This document shows, one piece after another, positions 43,510 to 57,822 of a stretch of 64,000 nucleotides of DNA. How positions within the stretch are numbered: the first letter of the stretch is position 1; every line of letters begins with the position of its first letter. The notes beneath the pieces are model-generated. The model saw nothing but the letters and a program-made list of their open reading frames with translations. It searched no databases and was not told the DNA's origin. The stretch lies in assembly GCA_028534125.1 (NCBI GenBank), contig CM052817.1, positions 83,764,001 to 83,828,000 of the forward strand, read 5' to 3'. The position numbers were made by a program, and so were the translations under genes. Source of the DNA: Lama glama (taxonomy: Eukaryota).

Positions 43510-43790
43510 GTGATGACAGCACCACATATGGTCTCTGTCACAACTACTCAACTCTGCCATTGTAGTGTGAAAGCAGCCAGACAATACATAAATGAGCAGG
43601 CTGTGTTCTAGTAAAGTGTATTTGTGGAACTGAAATTACAATTTTATATAGTTTTTGTGTACCACAAAATATTCTCTTTTTTTACTTATAACCATTTAAA
43701 AATGTACAAACCATTCTTAGCTTGCAGTTTTATAAAATACGTGGCAGGCAGGATTTGGCCCATGGGCCATAGCTTGCCAAGTCCTGATCC
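43510..43790. mobile_element. MER58A-like DNA transposon relic
   Basis: 'caactactcaactctgccattgtagtgtgaaagcagcc' and 'ggcaggcaggatttggcccatgggccatagcttgcc'. Confidence 0.75.
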
Positions 43791-43989
43791 AGATAACCCA
43801 TATAACCCTGAATCACTTTCTAAACAACATATTTTCACTAGTACTTATGATTGTCTTGGAATCAAGAAGCTATATAGTAATTAATATGGTTGTTCTTATT
43901 TCAGGAACATGTAATAATAGGAAAAACATTTAAAGTCAGAAAAATGAAGTCAATGGTCTTTCTTATCCTTTGTCATACCAATGTATGAT

Positions 43990-44782
43990 TTTGTAACATT
44001 TTCAGTCATTTGAAAAATTTTGGCTCACTGAGTTATGTGGACATTCCAAATGTTGACACATTTGCTTATACAACACACACAAAAAATTACATTCACTAAA
44101 ATCTACTGATCACATCAGAAATAGTCTTTAGGCACTGAGAAGCTGTTGAGCTCATGGTGGTAGTTCCAAGTTTTTCAAACTTCTAATTTTTTCTTGATAG
44201 CCTGCATTTTATCACTGGCAACAAATATCATCAGTCGTTTCCATTGACATGAAAGTCTCACTCCATTTTTGGGAAAATATCTGCCAAAGTACCTAACAAT
44301 GAATAAATCTAGTTTGTTTTCAGGTGTTCTTTCAAGTACAAATGGATTCCATGAAAAAAGTAGCTAGTTCTATTACAACTCAATCTCAGAGCTTATCCTC
44401 AAGACAAACACCATACTTTGATATGTAGCAGAAATGATTTTTATATATTCCTATTTCATCACAGGGAATAGTAAAAAAAAATATGCATGTTCAACTTTTA
44501 CTGCTCTATCAAGGACATTCTCAGGTGATGCTTGTAATTCTGTTTCAACTGTGAATGTGTGACAGTGAGGAGTACCATGATTGCTAGTATGGTTTGGTGC
44601 CACTGCCTTGATTCATATGCAAAGTAGATGTATCTACCATTGCTCTGTGCCATTAGTGCAAATGTCAACACAGGGAAAAAGGCATATAACATCTTAAAAG
44701 TATTATGAAAATGGTTTTGACCTCATAAGACTCCCTAAAGGGTGTCCAAGATGCTAGGGAGCACACTTTGAAAATCTGCTAA
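43990..44782. mobile_element. Charlie1-like hAT transposon relic
   Basis: 'ggctcactgagttatgtggacattccaaatgttgacacatt' and the terminus 'cacactttgaaaatctgct'. Confidence 0.65.
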
Positions 44783-44806
44783 TCTAGGGCATAGCCTTAG
44801 GTTCGT

Positions 44807-44853
<47 letters not shown>
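44807..44853. repeat. (TCTA)n microsatellite
   Basis: Directly visible. Confidence 0.97.
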
Positions 44854-44854
<1 letters not shown>

Positions 44855-45129
44855 ACTCCACATATATATGACTTTAAAATGTAGGGGGAATTTGTTGATT
44901 ATCTTAGATTGATGGAGTACAAGATATGAATCTATTTGATTTTGTTTCTAGGGGATAAGGACATTGAAACCACAGAAAAGGAAATGCAGTCCTGGCATAC
45001 TACATTGTTCTGCAGTGAGGAATATCTACATGCTCATAAAATAACTTAAAGCTGCTTATGAATTACGAAATTTTAGAACCAATCTATGAACAAAGCATAA
45101 AGAAGTGCATTATAGTTACACAATAAAAT

Positions 45130-45830
45130 ATAAATGGTCACTTTTGACAATGTAAGTGAAAGGAAGAAATATTGTCCAGGATGTGGCAAACTCTCAAACA
45201 CTGCCTGTGGGAGTGTAAATTGGTACCAGAGTTTGGAAAACGGTTTGGCAATATCTACAACAGATGAGATATGTATACCCTTTGACTCAGAAATTCTATT
45301 TCTAAAATTATACACTAGAGAAATTGGTACATGCACACCAGAAAAGAAATACTTCATAATAGCAATGTTTATAATAATAGCCCCAAATTGAAAACAACCC
45401 AAGTGACTGTCAACAATAAATGGATAAAAAATTGTAGTATAGTCATATAATGGAATAGACATACTATAATAAAATGAATGACCTAAAGCTACTTTCAACA
45501 ACTTGTATGAATCTTAAAATCAATATTGAATGAAAGAATTTTCAAAAGAATACTTAAGAGTATGATTTCATTTATATATGTTTAAAAAAAATTAGGCAAA
45601 CCTACGGGATACATACTTGGATATAAACCATAAAGCAAAGCAAGGAAATGATTACCTCTTAAGGGGAAGAAAGTGTTGTGGATGGGAAAAGATACATGGG
45701 GGTTCTAACTCATGACCTGGTTAGTCATTACACGGTTGTTTACTTTATCCAGTCATTTGTATATCTGTGGTTTTAATTATTGGTGAGCATTTTTCTGTGT
45801 ATGCTACATTTCACAATAAAGAAACTTTAA
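45130..45830 (+). mobile_element. Old L1 (L1ME/MC-like) 3' fragment
   Basis: ORF 45134..45391 resembles the ORF2 C-terminus (CGSVNWYQSLENGLAIS...IPFDSEILFLKLY). Confidence 0.8.
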
Positions 45831-46737
45831 ATATTAAAATAAAAACAAAAATTGGAAGTTAGAACAAGGAATAGGGTGATATATTCTCATTTTACAGAGT
45901 GAGAATATAAGAGATTCTGTCTAAAACTGATGGAACAATAAGAAAACACTCAAATATGTTCTTTAAACAGAAAACCTACAAATATCAAAAATAGGGAGGG
46001 GAATGGCAGATGGGCTTAATGTAAGTGTGCTGAATCCCCTTGTCTTACAGCAGCAAGTCAAAAGTTGAAGTTGGTGACTTTGGGGACTAGGACTTGGTGA
46101 GGTAGAACATTTTTTCCATTATAAATCCTATAGACAATATTGTGGCATGTGGTTTTACCATATGCATAGAGTAATTGGACTTAAGAAACAAAACAAATCA
46201 ACACATGCTTTTTTTAAAGTATTTCTGAACAAATTTAAGGAAAAAGAAAGGCAATATAGTGTAATATACTGGTTAAGAGTATGAACTGTGGAGAACTTTG
46301 GAGCCAGATTGCTTAGGTTCAAATCTTTGCCTTGGCACTTTCTAACAGTATGATCCCAGGCAAGCCATTTATCCACTTTGTCTCAGCTTCCTCACCTAAA
46401 AATGGAGGCAATAATCATTCCTATTTTATATGGTTGTTTTGAGGATTAACACATGTGAGGCACCTAGAATAGTGACTAGTATATATGTGTTAATTATTAA
46501 CGATCACTGAGTATTTAATTCTGATAAATGAAAGGTGAAGACTGAAAATCATCCAGTGGATTTATCAAGATGTAGGTCCCCAGTGATTTTTATGATGTGG
46601 TTGAGTATGAGCCAGAAACTGGACAGAAGATGAAGAGAAGACATATACTTAAGAGAGACATACTTAAGAACTTATAGGCAAATTTATCTGACATTTATTT
46701 TACAATATTGCAGGAAAAAACAACTCTGTGTTTGGAA

Positions 46738-47250
46738 GTGGTAGTACGCAGAATAACCATCCTCTACAAATGTTCAGATATTCTAATCCTTGGAAACTGT
46801 GAATTTGTTACCCTATTTGGCAAAAGGGATTTTGCAGATGTGATTATGTTAAGGATCTTGAGATGGGGAGATTATCCCAGATTATACACAGTCTAATCAT
46901 ATGAGTCCTTTAAAGTGGAAGAGGGAGGTAGAAGAAAGGCACAAATGGAGATTTCACTACATTACAGAGACAGTCAGAGAGATGCGATGTGAGAAGGACT
47001 CAACCAACAATTGCTGGCTTTGAACATGGAGGAAGGGATCCCTGAGTCAAGGAATGTGGAGGCAACCTCTAGAAGCTAGAAAAAACTGGCATCTACATAC
47101 AAGAACACAGCTTTGAAAACACCTTGACTTTAGCCCAGTGAGACCCATGTTGGACTTCTAACCTACAGAACCATAAGATAATAAATTTGTGGTGTTTAAA
47201 GCCACTAAATTTTTAGTAACTTGTTATGGCAGCAATAGAAAGCTAATGCA
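46738..47250 (+). mobile_element. MLT1D-like solo LTR
   Basis: 'ggcaaaagggattttgcagatgtgatt...gagatggggagattatcc' through 'gcagcaatagaaagctaatgca'. Confidence 0.85.
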
Positions 47251-48040
47251 GGGGTGTATATAAATGAAACAAAAATGGCCAAATGTGATTAATTGTTAAA
47301 GGTGGATGATGGATAAATGAGAGTTCATTATACTATTATATTTCCATTTATGTCTGGAAATGAGAAAAAATAAAAGATCTGCTTAGATGAACTTAGAGAA
47401 ACTGATACATTAAATACCAAACATAGGTTATTATTTTTCAATAATAATGTTCCTATTAAATTAAATTAGACTCTGGTCTTCACTGATCTACATATCCTTT
47501 CTCTATAGGCAAATCTTGATGGGAAGCCAGCTTTGGCCATCATAGAGTCAAGAGCAATGAAGAGTAAGTGGAGTTAGCAGGCATCTTCATGCCTGTATCG
47601 TTCATGATGGAAAGATACATCCTTCACTACTGTGAGATGTTCAAGTTCAAGAGATAACAGACTCTCATTTCAAAGAAAATACTAGTAATATATTAATATA
47701 TGTTATATCCTTAGTCAGTTAGTTTATAAATTTCTTAAAACACTGTCTCCTTTCTATTAGTATGTACTAGTAGTAATAATAGCTAACACTTCAATGGTTT
47801 TTAACACATGGGCTAGGCAGTGTATCAAACACTTTACATATTGCAACTCTTCTAATTTTCATAACAACTTTATAAGGTAGGTACCATTATTATCCTCATT
47901 TTACATATGAGAAAACTGAGGACATACACAGAACAACCATTCAAACATAAGCAAACTGTTATGATCCTGATCCTGAGTATTCACAGGCAATCACTTGAAT
48001 CATTTACCATGAATAATCAATCATATTCCTCACATCTTTT

Positions 48041-48160
48041 GTTTGTTTGGGGGTAATTAGGTTTATTTATTTTATTTTTTAGAGATGATACTGGGGATTG
48101 AATCCAAGACCTCATACATGTTAACTATGTGCTCTACCACTCGAGCTATACACTCCCCCT
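48041..48160 (-). mobile_element. tRNA-derived SINE (Vic-1-like)
   Basis: Reverse complement of the same SINE, with TSD TCACATCTTTT. Confidence 0.88.
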
Positions 48161-48329
48161 CTTCACATCTTTTCTTAATTCCTTCCCAAAGGTAACTACT
48201 ATCCTGACTCTTTTTCCCCCTTTTTCAGTTTTATTAGGTAGAATTATTACAGTTCGACTGCACATATACATTATATTGCATGTAAATACATATATACAAT
48301 ATACTGCATATATTATCCTGACTTTTAAC

Positions 48330-48860
48330 ACCGTAGATTAATTTTGCTCTTTTTGAACTTTATGTAAACTTAATTTTATACAAACCAGTGTATTGATTTG
48401 TGTCCCACATCTTTTTTTTTTTAACAGTCTAACATTATGTCTATGATAGTCACATTGTGGCTCATAGCTACAGTTTTTTCATTTTTCAGAGGTATTTCAT
48501 TGTATAAATATGCCATGAAATATTCTACTGCTGATGGACATTTTGGTATTTCCAGTTAAGGGCTATTATAAAGAATGCTGCTATTAACATTTAGTTCATG
48601 TCTTTTGGTGCATTTGTGCACAAATCACTGTCGGGCATATACCTAGGAGTAAAATCCCTGAGTCAGAAATATGTTCATGTTCAATACTGTGGAACAGATT
48701 TCCAAAGTGGTTGCACTAATTTATATTACTAACGTGTGAGGGTTCTCATTAATCCCCATCCTCACTGACAATTTTGGTAGTGTGAAACTTTCTCATTGTG
48801 ATTTTAATTTGCATTTCCCTGATTTCTAATGAGGTTAAACGTGATTTTCATATGTTTATT
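48330..48860 (-). mobile_element. Old L1 fragment
   Basis: 'gatggacattttggtatttccag...gctgctattaacatt...ttttaatttgcatttccctgatt'. Confidence 0.75.
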
Positions 48861-51800
48861 CCTTATTTTTGATGCTCTCAGATTTTACACTCAGGGTACA
48901 CTTTCTATAGTTAATCCTTAAAATTTTTCCTACTTAATTTAGACTAAGAATACTAAGATGGGGTAAAGATCCTATACCCTATCAGTATTCTAGAAATTTA
49001 GAACTTGATTTATCTTCCCACAACTATTAGATCAGCAAGTCCTGTTTCCAAAAGGAATCTCAAATCACTCTATTGCCATGTGTGCTGCCACTACTTGAGT
49101 CCAGACCATCATCATCTCATTCCACTTCTTTTTCACATTTTGAATTTTGTCACTGCCCACCTCCCTTCATTGTCCATATGGCAACAACAGGGGTAGCAAT
49201 TAATTATTAATACCTTAAGGTGGCTTCCTGTTGTTCCAAGAATAAAATTCAAACCCTGTCACACCTAGAAGCCCTTGTAGGTCTGCCTTAGGTGATCTCT
49301 CCAATCTCATCTCTAGCCATGCTTTATTACATGCTAGCTACACTCCTCTTACAAGGCCTTGGCAGCTACACTCCAGCTTCACTCATCGTCTTTCAATCCT
49401 TAACACCAAGCCCCTTTCATTTTAAGGGAATACTTGTCCCACAGCCTGTTCCTTCTCATCCTTTAATACTCAGTTTAAATTTTAGTTCCTGGATTTGTTT
49501 TCTTCATAACGTTTATCAATAATCTGTAATTACTGAGTTTGTTTGCTTTTTGTCAGTTTCCTCTAGTAACAACAACAATAATAGTAATGATGATAGCTTT
49601 TAGTTATTGACCCTTACTATTTGCCAGGTATCACTCTATGAGTTTTAGATACACTAACCCTTTTAATCCTCACAGCAACCGTACAAAATAGGTATAATTA
49701 TTATTCACATTTTACAGATGGGAAAACTAAATCACGAGAGGTTAAATAATTTACCTTCAGTTTTACTGTTAGGCAGTGGCAGAGCTGACATTTGAACCCA
49801 GATAATCTAGTTTCAGTTTAACCACTGAACCACTGACCTTTTTTTTTTAAACTGTAGGTTACAATCTATATGTGCCTGGATCAATAAAATTAATTTAATG
49901 ATTTTTTTAAGTAAAATGTAACAGAATAGATCACATAAGAATGTACTCACTTAGTAAGGATAAGTATTAGTTTGTGAAGCTTTTGGTTCAATTATACATA
50001 TCAGGTCATGATGTGTGAAAGCTACTGCACTGTGCATTCTGCCTCTGTGTAAGTTCCTGAACTGACCCATTTACCAGCATATCCCTAGGGTCTAGCCCAG
50101 TCACTGGACCACAATAAGCTCTCAGTGAATATTTACTGATTAAAATAAGCCATGGTAAGTATTAAGAAGCTGATAAAAAGACTCTTCTCTAATTTCTGTA
50201 CAAAGTTTATTTTTTCTGATGTCAACCACTGAAGTTCATTTGAACTTGAATTTAAAGATCTCATTTATGTTGTGCCAATATTCATAAAGCTATATTAATA
50301 GTAAATACAATTGGGTAGTATGAAGAGTTCAGAAAGGCTATTAGTCCTTTGTACACCCTATTGTTTGAAAATCCCTGTTCTTCGAAAACTGGATGAGGAA
50401 AGTTATAGTTCCTTGAGCTTATACTTTATGTTTTTAAAAGATTAAATATTATTATTATTTCTGTTATTTCAAGCGATTATAAAAAAAAAAAAGACAGTTT
50501 TGAGTATCAATCCTAGCTATTACTGGCTCAGAGTTTTTAGGCAAGACAAACTTTTGAGTTCCTAGTCTGTTTAAGTGGCGAATGAAAACCTACCTCCTTA
50601 GGAACAACAGTCTGGTTGAAAGGTAGCCTAAATTGTTTTGAAGCCATACTTACATGGCAAGCAGAATATTTTTACCTATTTGTATGATACAGATAAGGAT
50701 TAAAAGAGTAAAATTTTCTAAAGATGCTTTTATTCTCATTTATATCTAAGATTGAATATGGCAGTTGTATTAATTGAAGGAAAGGAGCAAAGCCTTTCAA
50801 ACACATTAGCATTGATCCTACCTTGAAGGTTAGAGATAATTGGAAGTATTTAGTACTTATCTGAACATTGGTTCATAATTAAAATTATTATTATGATAGC
50901 TATTATTATGATAAACAGGGCCCGAGGCCCTGCAGCTGGAGGCAATGATGGCTCTGTATACCTTGTTTAAAAATCCATCTCTTTAAAAGTCGTTATTTTA
51001 TAGGAAGTTAAAAAATCTCTGGGTTCAGTTTTATCTTCTTGAACTGTAGGACTTTGAAATAGATTATATTTAATGCATTCTTTGAAACCTCTCTAGTATG
51101 CAGTACAGCTATCTGCACATTGGGTTTTTGCCAGGCTGCACCTAAATTGCACTGGTAATAAAAACAAAGATCTTGACGTTCTCTTGGGACTTTAATCTCC
51201 TGAGACACCAGGGGGAGGGGGGGAGGAGGAGGAGGAGGAGGAGGAGTGAGTTCAATCATCTGAAGATACATTAGCATACTCTAAACAGGAAAAACAAGAT
51301 TTATCTTTTTAAAGGCTCATTTGAACAATGAGATCATTAAATTTGTATAAGGGTAATTACTTTAGGTGTCTTTTAACTTCTGAGGGCCTAGAGAACCATT
51401 CTCCCTTCTTTGAAAAGAGAGCCCTATACCTCTGCTCTAGATTCTCGTTTTCCATTAAAAAACAAAAACAAACAAACACACACACACACACACACAAAAC
51501 AGGCTTCTAACCTCAGTAATTCAGTAAAATTAAGGCTACATACCCTGGCTAAGCCTATTTAAAATGAAAAATAGTATTATTGAGCTCAGCTCTTTGGTAA
51601 GCATTTTTACACATATTATCTCACGTAATTGTATCAAAAGGTCTAAGCAGAGGCAGAGAGGCTGGCCAATTAATAGGCCGTAACAGTATTACAGAAGCAT
51701 GAGAGCAGCTTGGAGTATGGTGGTGGCAGTGGAGAAAGCAGGTCTTGACAGACACTTGGAAGGTATTATCAGCTGGTTTCGGTGAGTGCTTAAAACACTG

Positions 51801-53849
51801 CCTGGCAGATGGTTGAGAAGTATTTGTAAAAGAATGGATTATAGAGGGTGAGGATTATGGGGGTAAAAGGATGACTCCTGGGTTATCTGGACTCCTAGGT
51901 TATATGGTGGTGCCATTCACTAAGACAGGGAAAGGGAAGAAAAACTGGTTAAAGGATTTACTTCTCTCACATGCCCCCTGATAACTGGCATTCCCATTCC
52001 TATTGCCTTGATGGCAGTATTTTGAACTAAATAACTTGTATCTCCAGGCCAGATGGGGATCCTACCCAAGGGCCAATAATCCATAGGATGAATAATGATT
52101 TGTGTGATCGGGCTACAAAAAATAAGAGTCTTCCTTCCTTGGGTTTGAACTAAGAAGTAGAGGAAAAATCTGGCAATTAGAGCAGAGGCCAAATGACTTA
52201 ATCTAACAGAGGTTCAGCAATAGCAAATTAGGTCAGTCAGGTTCCCATCAGATAACAGATGAAAAACTCAAACTGCATAATTTGGAAAGAATTATTAAAC
52301 TATTTACAGAGGTACAGGTAAGGGTCAGTAAACCAACACGGGATAATGTAGTACCCCCAAGGGCAAGTGGTTATTACACCTAAGGGGCAAAGGGAAGGAT
52401 CAGAGATTAACTGTACAGAGAGGGATCTGCAGTCAACCCTTGGTAACCCATCTTGGGGAATAAGGACTATGACCTCACTATCTTCTGACTTTGAATCTCC
52501 TGCAGATATTTCTTTCTACCTGAATACACTGAGACGGCAGGCAGAGGGATTATCATTGATGTAATCTGGACAGGTCAGCCCTCTGTGACACAGGAACAGG
52601 AAAGGGTGGAGAAGGGATATGGAGAAGCAAATAGAAGATAGGTGAAACTGTTCCCCAGAGGCAGTTATGCAGAAGCAGTAATTATCAGTATATATTTAAA
52701 AGAAGGACAACAAATAGCCAACTCCCTTCACTGACATTAGTGGCACTGCGCTACAATGAAGATACCCAAACATCTACTGTTGAGTACTTTGGAGACCTTT
52801 TGAGTACACATTTACCCTTCTTCTCTCCTTGCAAGCACAACCTATTGCTGAGAGTCTTCCTGTGTTTCTTCAAAAAAGCATCTTGACAATTTTTCACTTT
52901 AAAAAAAAAAAGCAGCAACAAACAAAACCACTAACCATGATTAGGTAACCATGTGAACCTAACTTCAGGGAATCACTCTCCATAACCTCGTTCTCAACTG
53001 AATGTCTTTAATTAACGTGTGCTTAAATAGACAGTAAAGCAAAACGTGTATTCTGAGTCACATCGAGTGTTAATTTGACAGACTTTTATAAGAGAGTCAA
53101 GCATCACCTGGCAAAACTCCAAAAGGCTGACTACAACAGGAAGAGGAGTTAGATAGATAGCAGTTAAAAACACAAAGCTTCACCAATAACGGAGCTAGTA
53201 GACATGGTGCTTCTCTGGGGATATGCTTAGAGGGGGGAGTATAATCCTTTTTTAATTGGAAATGGGTTTGGGAGGTTCCTTAGGGTCAGGTAAATTGGAA
53301 ATTAGTACAACAGAAAACAAGAAAGACCTTACTTTTAACTACCTGTTGTAATGTGTGAATAGTTCATTAGCCTTAGGAAAATAAAGGATTTATGCCTAGT
53401 ACTTTCGAGTAAATTAATGAAAATTTATCTTGAGTTTAATGTGATTGGAACGAGATGTAAGAGAGGGGAGTCCAGTACACATTTTCGGCCTAGTTTTGCA
53501 GCCCTTAAAGGAAGCCAGGAGGGACCCATTGGCAAGTCCACACAAATGTCAGGTATAGATATTTTGTTGGGGGGTAGGAAGGAGGTCCCTCAGAGAAAAA
53601 AGGTTTCACCCAGCTGAACCCATTTTCAGCGACCTTACGTGCGAACAGAAACATTAACTCGCAAATACAAGTATAGGAAACCAGTAACACTCATTTAAGT
53701 GCCAAGTACAGAGCTTTTCTGAGATTTTAAAATCTAAAAGTATTTGTACCTGTTTTCTGGTACCTTTTTACATATATCCATTTCAGGAAAAAGTATTTGC
53801 AATATGGTTAATTTGTAAACAAGTGTTATCTCTACAAATTAAAAAAAAT

Positions 53850-55780
53850 TAAGAGCCGGCAAAGTATTAACAATTTGTTTTACTCCGGAGCACTTTAAAA
53901 TTACTTCGGATCGTGGGTGAGAATAGGGGCAGGGAAGTGCACTAAACCGAGCGCCAGGGCAAAGGTTTCTTAAAGTTACTTACAAACGAGAGTTTTCATT
54001 TTGGACGTGACTCAAGATTACAGGTGACTGCAGTGCCCAGAAGCGCCAGGGGGAAACTTTCTCGCCGGGATAAGCGACGGACTCAAAGACGAAAATGGCC
54101 CAGCGGGGTAGCCCCGCCCAATCGGGAGCCGCCCAGGGTAGGTGGCCAAGATTACCCTCCTCGCCTCAGGCCAACTCCACTTCAGGGCCTGGGGCAAAGC
54201 CGCCGCCCCGCCCCCGGCCCCACGTGCGTAGCCCGCCCCGCCCCGTGCCCGCAGCTGGCGGAGCCAGGCGCGAGCCCACCGCGAGTCACAGAGGCGGGTG
54301 CGCGCCCTGCCCCTGTGCCCGCGGCCTGGGCAGCTGTAGCCCGGGAGCGGGGGAATCGCCCTATTCGCCCTCCTTCCCCCTCGGCTGGCCGCTAGCGCGG
54401 GGCCGGCCCTCAAGCCTGGTGGCACCCAGGCGGGCTCTTCAGTGGACCACCGCGGGCGGAGGCCTGGCGAGGGCGGGAGCCGGTGAGTAGCCACGTCACG
54501 CTCCTCCGGGAGGCTCCGCCCCCGCTCCGGCCTCTCGGGCCGCCCCCTCTACGCCCCCGCGAGCAGTTACCGGCTGAGGGAGCGCGCGCGTCCCTGAGTC
54601 GGCTAGAGGTTCTTCGGCCCCGGCTTGCTGCGTCTCCGCCGCTGCCCGCGCCAGGTGAGGGCTCGCGGCTCCAGGCTGCGGCGCCCGGCGCGTGTTGGCT
54701 GACTCCGGGCTTGCGCCGCTGAGGCGGACTGGGCCGGCGGGCGGTTAGCGCCCTGTTCGAGGCGGGGAGAGGCGGCACGCCGGGCGCTGCACGGCCTCAG
54801 CCGACGCGGGCGGCCGCGGCGGCGGCGGCGGTGGCTGGGCTCTTGGGTTCTCCACCTCAGACCGGAGCCAGTCGGTGTCCCGGCGGAGAGACGGGCAGCC
54901 GGGCTCCCTGGCCCCGGGCCCCCTCCGGCTGGGGCGGCTGGGGCAAGGGGACAATGTCTGCTCGGGCCCCAGTGCCCGCCGCTCACTCTCGGGAGGAGCC
55001 GCCCGCGGCAGCTGCTGAGAGGGAGTCGCTGTCGGCCTCGGCGAGCCGGCAGGCCGAGCAGCTGCCCTCGTTCGAACGGGAGGGCAAGGAGGCGGCGAGG
55101 GAGGACAGGGCCGCTACCGCCACCAGCGCGGGGGCGCGGGGAGAGCCGTCGCCGGCGCCGGTGCTGGGACACAGCGTGCCCCAGGCGGCCGTGCCCGTGA
55201 AGCCCCTGGCGCTGCACCTGGCGCACAAGGCGCGCGGGCCCGGGGGCCCCTTTGGCGGGGAGCCGACGCCACCGCTGTTGCGGGACCCGGCGGCCGAGGA
55301 CGCCCGGGAGAAGGAGGTGGCCACCAGCCCTGAGGAAAAGCTGCAGCCGCCGCCGCTGCCCCCTAAGGAGAATCCCTGGACCAAAAAACCTCCCCAGCAC
55401 CTGTCCCCCGCCGGGACGGGGCCACTGCCACCGTCCCCGCTGGAAACCCTGGAGGCAGGTCTGTGGCGGCTCTGCGGTGGGCACTGGGAGGGTGTGTCCA
55501 GGGGCCACGCGCGTTGCGGCGGAGGGCTCGCGCGGGGCTGGGGGAGGGGGAGGCCTCCTTTCCCTGTCAGTCCGAGATATTTCGTTCCAAGGTGTCATTC
55601 AGCCTGCCTATTTACATAAATGGACATCTGGGAAGGGAGCAGCAGGAAGAGGTGGGACCTCGGGTTCTCCTTGACTGGTGGGGGCACCGCGCGGGTAGTG
55701 TAGCTGAGCCGCTGGGCTGGCACGGGCTCAATTACGTCTTGCCTCCACGTGTTAGTGACACGAGAAAGCTGACTTTAGGT
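53850..55780. promoter_or_regulatory. CpG island, LARP1B promoter
   Basis: Very GC/CpG-rich, with GC boxes, CCAAT near 54118, YY1-like AAAATGGCC near 54092 and CRE-like CACGTCAC near 54492. Candidate donors at 54483, 54655 and 55459. Confidence 0.92.
54954..55458 (+). CDS. LARP1B: LARP1B predicted coding first exon (long isoform)
   Basis: ACAATGT start and an open frame to the CAG|GTCTGT donor. PPPLPPKENPWTKK resembles LARP1 APPPKVNPWTKN, and the exon is in phase with the downstream exons. Confidence 0.7.
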
Positions 55781-57179
55781 AGGTGCTGCAGTTCATCCTA
55801 TAGAATAGCTTCTGTGAACTTTTTTTTTAAAGGTGGCTTAACAAGTCGGAGCAAGATGATTTATTTCGAAGTGGAAGCGCAGTTGTGATTTTTAAAAATT
55901 GAAATAACTGATTAGCTGAAAATCTCAGTGTTTTCAAAATAGTCCTAAACGGTCATATTAAAGACGAGTCTAAAAAAGAGGCTATACTGTGGTTGCTACT
56001 AAAACGCTTTGAGTTATGATTGTGGTGGAAAATAATTGAAATAGGACAGTTTTTTGCACATTAGTAAATTGTAGTCTAACATTGTTAGGTCTCTTTCCCT
56101 TTAGAGGAGATAAAATTATGCTACTGCATTTGAATGCTGACCATTGCAGTATGGCCCTTGCTGCTTTTGGTTATAGCAACTGCAGGGTTTTTTTTTTTTT
56201 TAAGTGGAAATGCTAAACAAAACGAAGACAAAAAGCAATAACTCCTAGTTTTGCTTTCTAATTGTAGTAAATTAATAGAAATTTTCATATAGAAGTTACA
56301 GCTATTTGCTTGCAAGTCTTCACTTTTCCTAGAATTAAAAGCTAACAGTGGAAGCTTTGAGCACATTTGTCGGGTTTTGAGGATCAAATGAGATAAAAAG
56401 ATATGGTTAAATATAAGGTGATTGTTAGAGACACACATTGCAGGTATGTTAACATTTCTTCGGAGGAACTGCAATAGAGTGAGATGTGTCGATTTCTTTA
56501 ACTTTTGCATGTAAATACTCACCATTCTTGATAAATTTTGACACTTGGAGAAAAAGCCACTTAGAAATTTGCTCTAAATTTAATGCCATCATTCTCTTCT
56601 AGCTGTGATCTACTTATTGCTATTAATAACTGAAGAGAACAAAAATCTTAAAGCAAAATCTCCATTAAATTTAGTGAAGAGAAAACCCTAGTGAATCTTA
56701 ATGACTGTCTCACCTCCCTACTTCTAGACTTAACTCAGATTATATTATACATTCTATTCAGCAAGCTACAAAAAAAACCCCCCACTTGATTGTAAAATCA
56801 TTTTGACAGATTTTAAAACTTTCAGGATGAGACTCAGAAAATTTAGTTGGAAATGATCTTGTGAAAATATAGTTTAATGTAATTAATCTATAGGTGCCTT
56901 CATTAGGGATCTTAATCTTTGTTGGAAATTAGGAACATGGTGATGTTTGATATATGGTGTGGTTCATGGGAATGTTAATTTTGCTGATGACTCTGTAGGC
57001 AACAGTTTCTGTTCTTGGAATCCATTCTGGGCCCACAGGAATAGCGTTTTTCAGACTTAGAGTACTGTAGTAACTTTAAAGTCTCTCCCCAGTACTAACT
57101 CTCCACTGTTCTACCACAGCTTCTATTTGCAATTGAATATTTTAGGTAACTAAGATGGTAGTATAGAACTGCACAATTT

Positions 57180-57822
57180 TTGTGTGTGTGTTTATGTGTG
57201 TGCGTATATATACACATATATATTTTGAAGTATAGTCAGTGTACAATGTTGTGTCAGTTTCTGGTGTACAGCATAATGCTTCAGTCATATATGAACATAT
57301 ATTGTTTTCATATTCTTTTTCACTGTAAGTTACTGCATGCTATTGAATATAGTTCCCTGTGCTATACAGTATGAACTTGTTTATTTTATATATGTTAGTT
57401 AGTATGTGCTAGTTAGTATCTGTTAATCTCAAACTCCCAATTTATCCCTTCCCCGCCTGGTAACCATAAGATTGTTTTCTGTGTCTGTGAGTCTGTTTCT
57501 GTTTTGTAAAATTCATTTTTTTTAGATTCTGCATATAAGTGATATCATATGGTATTTTTCTTTCTCTTTCTGGCTTCACTTAGAATGACAATCTCCAGGT
57601 CCATCCATGTTGCTGCAAATGGCATTATTTTATTATTTTTTATGGCTGAGTAGTATTCCATTGTATAAATATACCACAACTTTATCCAGTCATCTGTCGA
57701 TGGACATTTAGATGTTTCCATGTCTTGACTATTGTAAATAGTGCTGCTATGAACATTGGGGTGCATGTATATTTTTGAATTAAGATTCCCTCTGGATATA
57801 TGCCTGGGAGTGGGATTGCTGG
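57180..57822 (-). mobile_element. 5'-truncated young L1 3' end
   Basis: Perfect 17-bp TSD ATAGAACTGCACAATTT at 57163 and 57823; ORF2 C-terminus-like ORFs on the minus strand. Confidence 0.93.

Noticed and set aside
51008..51277. ORF with a poly-proline tract
   Set aside because: Produced by a (GGA)n/G-rich simple repeat; no other coding evidence.
54018..55598. 331-aa and other antisense or alternative-frame ORFs in the LARP1B island
   Set aside because: GC-content artefacts. Only the 54954 frame has splice-phase continuity and paralog similarity.
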